The notes below the pieces were generated by a model. The model searched no databases. It had not been told where the DNA came from and saw only the letters and a list, made by a program, of their open reading frames with translations. 32,000 nt of DNA, taken from positions 720,001 through 752,000 of the forward strand of contig NC_009925.1 of NCBI RefSeq assembly GCF_000018105.1, in the 5' to 3' direction. This DNA is from Acaryochloris marina MBIC11017. GTDB taxonomy: Bacteria > Cyanobacteriota > Cyanobacteriia > Thermosynechococcales > Thermosynechococcaceae. Made by a program: the position numbers and the translations under genes. The first letter of the stretch is position 1; every line of letters starts with the position of its first letter. Shown here piece by piece: positions 8,527 through 16,345 of this stretch.

Positions 8527-10038
8527 ATGGAATTAGTGATTGTCCTATTGGGCGTGATGGGATTAGGAACGGGGGCCGTTGCTCTAGTTATCCGCAATCT
8601 CCTTTATATTTGTCAGCCCAGTGAAGTCCTCATCTTTGCGGGCAGTACCCAGCGGTCAGCAGATGGGAAGCGTATTGGTTATCGTCTCGTCAAAGGCGGT
8701 AAAAGTGTCCGTAAGCCCTTACTGGAAAGGGCATTACGCATGGACCTCACCAATATGATTATTGACTTGCGGGTCTCCAATGCCTATTCCAAAGGGGGTA
8801 TTCCACTGCAGGTAGAAGGCGTCGCCAACATCAAAATTGCTGGGGAAGAACCCACCATTCACAATGCCATTGAACGATTGTTGGGTAAAAGTCGCAAAGA
8901 GATTGAGCAAATTGCCAAGGAAACCCTAGAAGGTAATCTAAGGGGTGTCCTAGCTAGCTTGACCCCTGAGCAGGTGAATGAAGACAAAATTGCCTTTGCC
9001 AAAAGCCTATTGGAAGAAGCGGAAGATGATTTAGAACAGTTGGGTTTAGTCCTTGATACCCTACAGATTCAAAATATATCTGATGATGTGCGCTATCTAG
9101 ACTCCATTGGTCGCAAGCAGCAAGCGGATCTGCAGCGGGATGCTCGGATTTCGGAAGCGGAAGCCCAGGCTGAATCCACCATTAAAGCCGCCGAAAATGA
9201 ACGGATTACCTCTCTCAAGCGGTTAGATCGCGACATTGGCATTGCCACTGCTGAAGCGGAACGTCGAATTCAGGATGCTAAAACCAAGCGAGGCGCGGTT
9301 GTGGCGGAAGCCGAAGCAGAGATTGCCTCAGAGCTAGCTCGAATTCAAGCAGAGATTCCGGTGCAGCAGGAGCGGATCAAACAGGTGGAACAACAGCTCC
9401 AGGCCGATGTGGTGGCCCCCGCCGAAGCGAAATGCAAACGCGCTATTGCCCGAGCCCAGGGGGATGCGGCCCAGATTATTGAGGATGGCAAAGCTCAGGC
9501 CGAGGGTACATTGCGCCTCGCAGAATCCTGGCAGAAAGCAGGGAGTAGCGCTCGCGATATTTTCTTATTGCAAAAACTGGAAGTGCTGCTCTCGACCCTA
9601 ACCGCTACGGTGCCGGATGTGACGGTTCAAAATGTCACGGTTGTGGACACGACCAATGGTGGAGGCGCGACGAAAGCCGCTGCATTTCTAGAGCAGATTC
9701 GCCACACCACGGGTATGGATATTGCGGGTGCTGTCCAGAACATCGTCAAATCAGACCCGGCTCCCAAACCCATTGAGCCACAAATGACAGAGGACGATTT
9801 TGTGGCTTTGCGGGCTGATGTCCAGAATGTTCTGGGGATTGTAGCCCAATCAAAGCTGGGCGGGATTCAGGCCGAACGCTCTGTAGAGGCAGCAGTCAAA
9901 ATGAACACTTCCCTGCAAAATCGACTTCAACGCGCTCTGCAGGCCGGAGGGGATGCTGCCATTGAAGCTCTCTTTGAGCATCCTGTGATTCGAATTCCCT
10001 CGCGAATTGTTGAGGCCTGGATTCAGGACGATGACTAA
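8527..10038 (+). CDS. flotillin-like SPFH/Band-7 protein (paralog 2, with about 100-aa extra C-terminal extension)
   Basis: Same architecture and colinear motifs as paralog 1 (SEVLIFAGS...YRLVKGGKSVRKPLLE...VSNAYSKGGIPLQVEGVANIKI, EA-rich coiled coil). ATG lies 2 nt after the paralog-1 stop, with AGGAG inside the upstream gene end. Confidence 0.88.
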   Translation: MELVIVLLGVMGLGTGAVALVIRNLLYICQPSEVLIFAGSTQRSADGKRIGYRLVKGGKSVRKPLLERALRMDLTNMIIDLRVSNAYSKGGIPLQVEGVANIKIAGEEPTIHNAIERLLGKSRKEIEQIAKETLEGNLRGVLASLTPEQVNEDKIAFAKSLLEEAEDDLEQLGLVLDTLQIQNISDDVRYLDSIGRKQQADLQRDARISEAEAQAESTIKAAENERITSLKRLDRDIGIATAEAERRIQDAKTKRGAVVAEAEAEIASELARIQAEIPVQQERIKQVEQQLQADVVAPAEAKCKRAIARAQGDAAQIIEDGKAQAEGTLRLAESWQKAGSSARDIFLLQKLEVLLSTLTATVPDVTVQNVTVVDTTNGGGATKAAAFLEQIRHTTGMDIAGAVQNIVKSDPAPKPIEPQMTEDDFVALRADVQNVLGIVAQSKLGGIQAERSVEAAVKMNTSLQNRLQRALQAGGDAAIEALFEHPVIRIPSRIVEAWIQDDD

Positions 10039-10124
10039 TTCCTCTCCCGTCCTCGCTGTAAGGCATGAGGGCCATTGATATAGGCGGATAAGGGGCAAAT
10101 TGTCCCATCGGCCAAAACCATTGG

Positions 10125-10160
10125 GAATACTAAGTTTGGCTGTCTCCGAACTTAGTATTC
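10125..10160 (+). terminator. perfect 12-bp stem / 12-nt loop hairpin after the flotillin operon
   Basis: GAATACTAAGTT (10125-10136) pairs with AACTTAGTATTC (10149-10160), followed by GCTTTTG. It ends 6 nt before the GTG at 10167. Function (terminator or translational control) is not resolved. Confidence 0.45.
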
Positions 10161-10166
10161 GCTTTT

Positions 10167-12671
10167 GTGAGCCGTTTAGACACTATTCTTCCTCCCTTAG
10201 CACCGGCAGGATCCACAGATGAATCGAGTCCTGTCGCGGAAGACCTAGCGTCACGGCTTGTATCCGATCGGATGCAAGCTTTTGAAGCGAGTCAAACCTC
10301 GTCTGACCTATCCCAGCCTTTTACTCTACATGCAGAAGAAGAGCAACGATTCCTCTGGCTAGGCATTCTAGCCAAAAATGCAACCTTTACGGCTAAAACC
10401 GCCGCAATCCTTTGGTTCTGCTCTGTTAAAGAGGCTGAAGTACTCCTGCAGCGATGGGTCGACCAGCAGATCCTAATCGAACAGCAATGGTCCCAGTCCA
10501 GCCTCAGCCCTTTTCAGCACATTTACCAACTCCCTGTCTCTTTACAGCAGGTTGCCTATACCGGTTTACTGCAACAACAGCTTGAAGCACGGGAAGCTCA
10601 TGGGGCTCTGGTGGAACGCTATCAGGCCCTGACCCATAAACGGTTGTGGCATACCCTGGAAGATGATGGTTATATTCATGCCCATTTAACCTGGCACTTG
10701 CAGGCTGCAGATCGCTGTGATGAAATCCACATTCTTCTGCAGGAAGAAGCAGAATCCGGTGCAAATGGTTGGTATGAAGCTTGCGATCGCAACGGCTATA
10801 CGGCTTTCTACTGTCGGGATGTGGACTTAGCGTGGCAGCTAGCAGAGGAGCAATACGAGCAATCCCCCACTCAATCCATTCAACTGCAGTGCCGCTATGC
10901 CATGATGACGGTTGCTCATCATCGTGTGGTTCGTCGACTACCAGCCCCTTTGATAGGAGCCTTTGTCCACCAACAAGTCTGGACACCTACCCAAAGCATT
11001 ACCTTTTTTGAGCTAATTCAAGACTCTCAACATGAATTTGAGGTTCTGCAGAGCTTAATCCCAGCTCTGCCCACCACCTATCACCCCTATATCCTCTCGG
11101 TTATCCAACGTCAGTCTCATGCCGCCCACCAAGCGCAGTTATTGTGCCTTCTAGCGCCCCTATTGGAGGCAAGGCTGTTTCCGGAGCTGTTAAAAATCAT
11201 CCGATCCTTACCGGCTGATTTTTACAAAGCGATTGTGCTACGTGAGATATCAGCCCAGATACCCACTTCTCTATTAGATCAAACCATCGCCATTACCCAA
11301 ACCCTTTCCCCGTCGGATGAAATGGTTGCTGCCTGTGGAATTGTGACCCGTTGGCCCCAAACCACTTCCATTTACTTGAATCAGCTAATCAATCGCCAAA
11401 CGGGTGAAATAGAAGAGAGTGTTTGTTCAGAATTCTTGGTGGCAATTGCACCGACGATTTCTAATGCTCAAAAAGCGCAGGTCTTGAAAGTAATCAATTC
11501 TATTGACCAACCCGCTACAAGGGCCAGGCTTCTCATTCACCTTCTTCCCCATCATCCTGGTCTGCTTTCGGTGACCTTTCGCACAGTATGTTCCATTAAG
11601 GATGAACGGTCTTGTGCATTCGCCCTCAGCAAAATTGTTCCATATTTAAGTGAAGTTGAAATTCAACTTGCTTTGAACATATTGGAAAAGTTTGAGGATC
11701 CACTGGCCTACAGCACTGTCCTTCCCCCCATTTGCGAACATCAATTTGCAGCTAACATTACGACCAAACTGCTCAAAATAATCAACACTTTGCCGGATGA
11801 ACTAGACCGGGGGCAAGCGCTGGGAACTCTTTACCCCCATTTCTCCCCATCGGTCCAAAGCGAAGTGCAAGGTCAGATTAGTGCTTTCACCAATCCAACG
11901 GCAAAAGTACTCTCCATTTGCCAACTGGCCAGTACAGAGACATCTAATCTGCCCACGGCACTTCACTGGCTGTCGCAATGCCAAGATAGCCAGATTCAAT
12001 TTCGGGCCTACTGGACTTTGAGTCAACAGCGTCCCAAACTGCTGCCTGCGGCATTGACAGCGGCCTGCCAAATCACCGATATAGATGCCCAGATATTGGC
12101 CTTCCAGCAGTTAGCCCCTCTGTTAACCCATGAGCAGATTCAGCATGTCTTAGCCATTGCTCAAAAAGTAACCAGCAAAGACAAACAGCAGAGAATCCTT
12201 GAAATTGTGATTCCCTACTGTTCTCCAGGATTACTGTTAAACATTCAGGCACTGAGGAGCCCACACCCTAAGAATCAGGTTTATACATCGGTCTTAAGTA
12301 CCCTTAAGGCTCAACTGACCTCCTCAGCGTTGAAATTAAGTCCATGGGAAGCCAGAAAAAGGACCCTGGATTCTCTCAATGCCATGCTTCCCAATGACCT
12401 ATTGGCCCAGACCCTGGCTGCAACCTTTGAATTTACCGATAAAGTCGATCGAGCCAAGTCCTTAAGCCGATTGCTTCCTCAAATTCACCCTTCGCAGATC
12501 GATTATTCTCAGTGGTGTAAAATCCTACACCAATTGACCGCACTCGATTACGATACTTTTCTTCTCAATATTCCCAAGCTCAGTCCATTGATGGAATATT
12601 TAGCAAGGCCCGAGATTCTCCACTGCACTGTGCAAAATATGGAGTTGATTCATCGGCAGTGGAAGCACTAG
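10167..12671 (+). CDS. STAND-tail protein: Apaf-1-like winged-helix/helical domain plus about 10 HEAT/ARM-like helical repeats, lacking an NTPase domain
   Basis: Residues about 60-230 resemble the WHD/HD2 region that follows NB-ARC (FLWLGILAKN..FTAKTAAILW...EAEVLLQRWVDQQILIE...DDGYIHAHLTWHLQAADRCDEIHILL). The remainder is a roughly 40-45 aa repeat of the form L..LaP.L....l...L..i..i.d...ra.aL..L.P.l. No GxxxxGK[ST] anywhere in the ORF. GTG start is uncertain; next ATG is 10269. Confidence 0.6.
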   Translation: MSRLDTILPPLAPAGSTDESSPVAEDLASRLVSDRMQAFEASQTSSDLSQPFTLHAEEEQRFLWLGILAKNATFTAKTAAILWFCSVKEAEVLLQRWVDQQILIEQQWSQSSLSPFQHIYQLPVSLQQVAYTGLLQQQLEAREAHGALVERYQALTHKRLWHTLEDDGYIHAHLTWHLQAADRCDEIHILLQEEAESGANGWYEACDRNGYTAFYCRDVDLAWQLAEEQYEQSPTQSIQLQCRYAMMTVAHHRVVRRLPAPLIGAFVHQQVWTPTQSITFFELIQDSQHEFEVLQSLIPALPTTYHPYILSVIQRQSHAAHQAQLLCLLAPLLEARLFPELLKIIRSLPADFYKAIVLREISAQIPTSLLDQTIAITQTLSPSDEMVAACGIVTRWPQTTSIYLNQLINRQTGEIEESVCSEFLVAIAPTISNAQKAQVLKVINSIDQPATRARLLIHLLPHHPGLLSVTFRTVCSIKDERSCAFALSKIVPYLSEVEIQLALNILEKFEDPLAYSTVLPPICEHQFAANITTKLLKIINTLPDELDRGQALGTLYPHFSPSVQSEVQGQISAFTNPTAKVLSICQLASTETSNLPTALHWLSQCQDSQIQFRAYWTLSQQRPKLLPAALTAACQITDIDAQILAFQQLAPLLTHEQIQHVLAIAQKVTSKDKQQRILEIVIPYCSPGLLLNIQALRSPHPKNQVYTSVLSTLKAQLTSSALKLSPWEARKRTLDSLNAMLPNDLLAQTLAATFEFTDKVDRAKSLSRLLPQIHPSQIDYSQWCKILHQLTALDYDTFLLNIPKLSPLMEYLARPEILHCTVQNMELIHRQWKH

Positions 12672-12688
12672 TTAGAACCACCCGCTTC

Positions 12689-13696
12689 CTAACTGAAATA
12701 GACCTTATATTTGTTGTAGAGCGCAATTCCTGGAATCACAGTCCCAAATTCCTTCACCCGTTTATATTTTTTGGGATTATATTCATTGCGTAGATTTTGG
12801 GCGACGGTAAAGTGTCGATACCACTCTTCAAGCAGTACTACTAACTCCTGAAATTTAGGGTAAGCCGTTTTATATTTTTCTTCTAAAGCGACATACTGCA
12901 GCATACGACCAAAGGTTTTGGGATTAACCAAGGATTCTGGCATGCCGATAATTTCACCCAACCGTTGAAAGGTTTCATAATGGGCAATCACTTCCGTATT
13001 GAGGATGCCTAAGTCATGTAAGTCCAATCGATCTAATCCATCAATAATATTGGCTACCGTATTGAGCATGGAATAGTTGGTCATTTTATGGCGTTTGAAG
13101 GAACGCAATAACCGAAATCCAAACCGATGCTTAGTGATAGTTTCTAAATTTTGATGATATTGCTGTAGTACTTCTTTCCCCACCTCTGTGCGGAGTTGCG
13201 GTTGGACCTCAACAAATTTGGTATTTAAGCTATCCAGAAATTCGGCTTGGGGGACATTACTTTGAAATAATGTCTCAACATAGTCATAAAGGAGCGCATG
13301 TTTTGAACCATAGAACTTAAACTCCATGCGTTCCAATGCCACGAATGTATTTTTGGCAGAAATACCTGCATGCAGCAGTTGTAGGTAGCGGTCTAGATTC
13401 TCATATCCCTCATGGCCTTCCGCAAAAGCGCGCTTGAGCTTCACAAAAGCGAGGAATTCAGGATTACCATATTTGCCATTGTCAATAGACAATGCTCGCT
13501 TTACCAATTTATTTATTGCCTGCAAAGCATCCGTATGGGTTTTAAGGACTCGCTCAGGGACTTCTTCTCTCTTGTGCCTTTTGAACAAAGAGCCCACACG
13601 CTCTGTCATACTCCGATCACCGACTAGTGGCCGATTCCACCAAGCTCGGTGTGGTTTTTGCTGCTGTGTACTATTTTCTTGGTCTAAAAAAGCCAT
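12689..13696 (-). CDS. hypothetical protein (335 aa, predicted all-helical, K/E/Y-rich), no family recognised
   Basis: Long uninterrupted ORF with an ATG start, convergent with the 834-aa gene. Visibly more AT-rich than neighbouring genes. Confidence 0.6.
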   Translation of the reverse strand: MAFLDQENSTQQQKPHRAWWNRPLVGDRSMTERVGSLFKRHKREEVPERVLKTHTDALQAINKLVKRALSIDNGKYGNPEFLAFVKLKRAFAEGHEGYENLDRYLQLLHAGISAKNTFVALERMEFKFYGSKHALLYDYVETLFQSNVPQAEFLDSLNTKFVEVQPQLRTEVGKEVLQQYHQNLETITKHRFGFRLLRSFKRHKMTNYSMLNTVANIIDGLDRLDLHDLGILNTEVIAHYETFQRLGEIIGMPESLVNPKTFGRMLQYVALEEKYKTAYPKFQELVVLLEEWYRHFTVAQNLRNEYNPKKYKRVKEFGTVIPGIALYNKYKVYFS

Positions 13697-14259
13697 AGTG
13701 GATACCTATTCGCCATCTTCTTCTCTCATCAATTAAGAACCCCATCACGGGATAGTCAGAGAGGAGCACTCAGATATGTGGAGCTTGGGAAGCTACCCAA
13801 CGATTCCCAATTTAAGATACACAGATTTTAATGAGAACTATCATGAGTACTGTAATGATAGAAAATCAGGATTTATTTATCAATCTAGAGAAAAGTATAT
13901 TTACTTTATTTTAAATCTGAGATGAATTATCTAAATCACCTTTTTTTGTTTTTGCAATCCACGCAGTTTCTCTAAATAACCAGTCTGATTAAATTGATAG
14001 TTAACCCCATCGCTCAGTTTTTATCCTCAGCATAAATTATTCAAATGACTTAAACATAGTGATTATGCATGAGTCAATCAGCCACTATTCTTCAACAAAG
14101 ATACAGAAAAATCGATGAATATTTATATATAAATACATATCATTAGATTTTTTTGGGTTGAACCCTTAGATAGTAAAAAAACTATTAAAATAGCACGATC
14201 TATCCTTTTTTTTCTAATAATAGAGGCCAAAATATAAAGCCAAGTGAGGATAACTTAAT

Positions 14260-14559
14260 ATGGCCTCTCGAAAGGGATTCTTTGCTAAGCTCTTTGATCT
14301 GTCTTTCTCCGAATTTATTGCGATTCAAATCGCAGGGGTCCTTTATGGGATCGGTATTTTATTTATCGGTTTATTTGCTTTAGCCATTTTATTTGGAGGT
14401 TTAAGCCAAGGTGCGCTACCCGCTATTGGGGCTTTGATTGTTGCTCCCCTCGTTTTTATGCTGAATATTATTTTCTTCCGAATTACTTTAGAAGCATTTA
14501 TTGCTTCAATTAGAACAGCTGAAAATACCAGCCGTATTGCAGGGTCAATTAATCGCTAG
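14260..14559 (+). CDS. small two-TM membrane protein, DUF4282-like
   Basis: GFFAKLFDLSFSEFIAIQIAGVLYGIGILFIGL... and a C-terminal FFRITLEAFIASIRTAEN pattern typical of DUF4282. GAGGA Shine-Dalgarno about 9 nt upstream of the ATG. Confidence 0.65.
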   Translation: MASRKGFFAKLFDLSFSEFIAIQIAGVLYGIGILFIGLFALAILFGGLSQGALPAIGALIVAPLVFMLNIIFFRITLEAFIASIRTAENTSRIAGSINR

Positions 14560-14578
14560 TCTCCAGAATTTTCTGCCT

Positions 14579-14610
14579 TTGCATACTCATAGATTGCTAT
14601 TGCATACTCA
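14579..14610. repeat. 11-bp direct repeat TTGCATACTCA x2, start-to-start spacing 21 bp
   Basis: Identical copies at 14579-14589 and 14600-14610, in the spacer between the DUF4282-like gene and the trmJ-like gene. Confidence 0.8.
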
Positions 14611-14835
14611 CGCCAATTCTCTCAAATCTATAAAACGGAATCTTGATTTGCCTAATTTTAGGTTCCGTACTGTTGAGGATGATGTTAAAAGCCAGAAAAG
14701 CCGATTAAGGAGATGAATTTGAAACGCAATGGCAGTAATGCCTGGGTAGATCGTGCTAGCGTCAATAGGCAGAGAGTATCCAGTATTAGGATTAATGCCG
14801 TGTACTCCTTGTGACAAGGCAAACGTTCTATCTTC

Positions 14836-15567
14836 ATGCAGTTTTCATTCATCCTGGTTGAATCAGAAGTTCCAGAGAACCTCGGGGCTGCCGCCCGAGC
14901 TTTGAATACCATGGGCCATACGGATTTGCGGCTAGTGCGACCCCGATGCGATCGCAACTCTGAAAAAGCCCAAGTCCTGGCCCATGGTTCCCAAGCTGTC
15001 TTGAGTGCAGCTCCCATTTATCAGAATTTATCCGACGCGCTGCATGACATTGATTTTGCCTGCGCCACTACCGCCCGCCATCGCTATGAGAAGTATCAGT
15101 ATATTTCTGTCCGGGAGGTGCCCCAACGCTTACAGGCAAAGGGAGAGACTCTGCAGCAGGTTGCTTTTGTGTTTGGGGGAGAACGGTCGGGATTGAATCG
15201 ACACGATATCGATTGCTGCGATTTGATCACGACCATCCCTCAAGGGAATCCCTATCCGTCCTTGAACTTAGCTCAGGCAGTGATGGTGTACAGCTTTATG
15301 CTGTCTGAGTCGGCGGTACATATTAAAGACCAGCGACTGAATCGTACCCCCATGCCCCCGCTAGAATATGCCAATCTCAAACACTCTTCTCTTCAGCTTA
15401 TGGAGCGCATCGGCTTGGCCGAACGCTATCAGAAGTACGTTACTCGCGGTTTAGCCCGATTGGGAACTGAAGATCTATATTTATTGCATAATATTCGAGC
15501 CTGTATTGATCGCACCTTAGATCACCTGGAAGCCAAGCAGGGGAATCATCACCATGCCGATTCCTGA
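14836..15567 (+). CDS. SpoU/TrmH-class tRNA/rRNA 2'-O-methyltransferase, TrmJ/LasT-like
   Basis: N-terminal FILVESEVPENLGAAARALNTMGHTDLRLVRP matches the TrmJ-type motif. FVFGGERSGL and NLAQAV motifs match the SPOUT knot. Confidence 0.75.
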   Translation: MQFSFILVESEVPENLGAAARALNTMGHTDLRLVRPRCDRNSEKAQVLAHGSQAVLSAAPIYQNLSDALHDIDFACATTARHRYEKYQYISVREVPQRLQAKGETLQQVAFVFGGERSGLNRHDIDCCDLITTIPQGNPYPSLNLAQAVMVYSFMLSESAVHIKDQRLNRTPMPPLEYANLKHSSLQLMERIGLAERYQKYVTRGLARLGTEDLYLLHNIRACIDRTLDHLEAKQGNHHHADS

Positions 15568-16327
15568 TCCCTTTGCCCACTTGGATACAGTATCTTTAAC
15601 CCCGATTGCCTACATTCGATCTTGTTACCCTGAACGATTTGGCATTCCCCGACAGGCAGGCTTGGTGGAGTCTGCCAAAGCAGCCATTGTCTTTCCCAAC
15701 ACGGATTTGCATTGGCATTCATTGCGAGGGATAGAGAGCTTTTCCCACATCTGGGTGATCTTTTTGCTGCATGGTCAATCCTTTACCAAGTTTCGTCCCC
15801 TGGTGCGTCCCCCCCGTTTGGGTGGAAATAAAAGCATGGGAGTTTATGCAACTCGCAGCCCCAATCGTCCGAATCAAATTGGATTAAGCGCAGTGCCTTT
15901 AGATCAAGTTGAGCAGACCTCAGAGGAAATTCTGCTCCATATTCATGGCGGAGACTTCTTAGATGGCACACCCGTGTTAGATATCAAACCCTATGTACCC
16001 TATGCAGATGCAATCCCATCTGCAACCAGTGCTTGGGCTGATGATGCGGATCCACTTTTGCCGGTGGTATGGAGTCCCGAAGCAATGGCCAGCCTGACCT
16101 CAGCTTTAACTCGTGATTTTCAGGAAACCCAACAGGTAATTTCAGAGGTGATTGCCCAAGATCCTCGTCCAGGCTATGAGCGCAGGAAAGATGGTCAGGC
16201 GGGGCAAGAGTGGAATATGCGCCTAGCTGGGTTAGATATTTTTTGGAAAGTAGAAGCAGGAACAGCGATTGTTACTCGACTCTTTCCTGTATCCAGTTCT
16301 GACCCTATCCCTAAACCTCAGCCTTGA
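15554..16327 (+). CDS. trmO: tRNA (m6t6A37) methyltransferase TrmO/TsaA (YaeB family)
   Basis: Colinear with E. coli YaeB motifs: FGIPRQAGLV, SHIWVIFLLH, RPPRLGGNKSMGVYATRSPNRPNQIGLS, DGTPVLDIKPYVPYAD, AQDPRPGY. Its ATG overlaps the end of the upstream gene by 14 nt. Confidence 0.88.
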   Translation: MPIPDPFAHLDTVSLTPIAYIRSCYPERFGIPRQAGLVESAKAAIVFPNTDLHWHSLRGIESFSHIWVIFLLHGQSFTKFRPLVRPPRLGGNKSMGVYATRSPNRPNQIGLSAVPLDQVEQTSEEILLHIHGGDFLDGTPVLDIKPYVPYADAIPSATSAWADDADPLLPVVWSPEAMASLTSALTRDFQETQQVISEVIAQDPRPGYERRKDGQAGQEWNMRLAGLDIFWKVEAGTAIVTRLFPVSSSDPIPKPQP

Positions 16328-16345
16328 GTCTGAGTTCGGATTCCA

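Noticed and set aside
10504-10986. 160-aa minus-strand ORF inside the 834-aa gene
   Set aside because: It is fully nested antisense to a much longer ORF with recognisable domain and repeat structure. It has no SD and no recognisable motifs.
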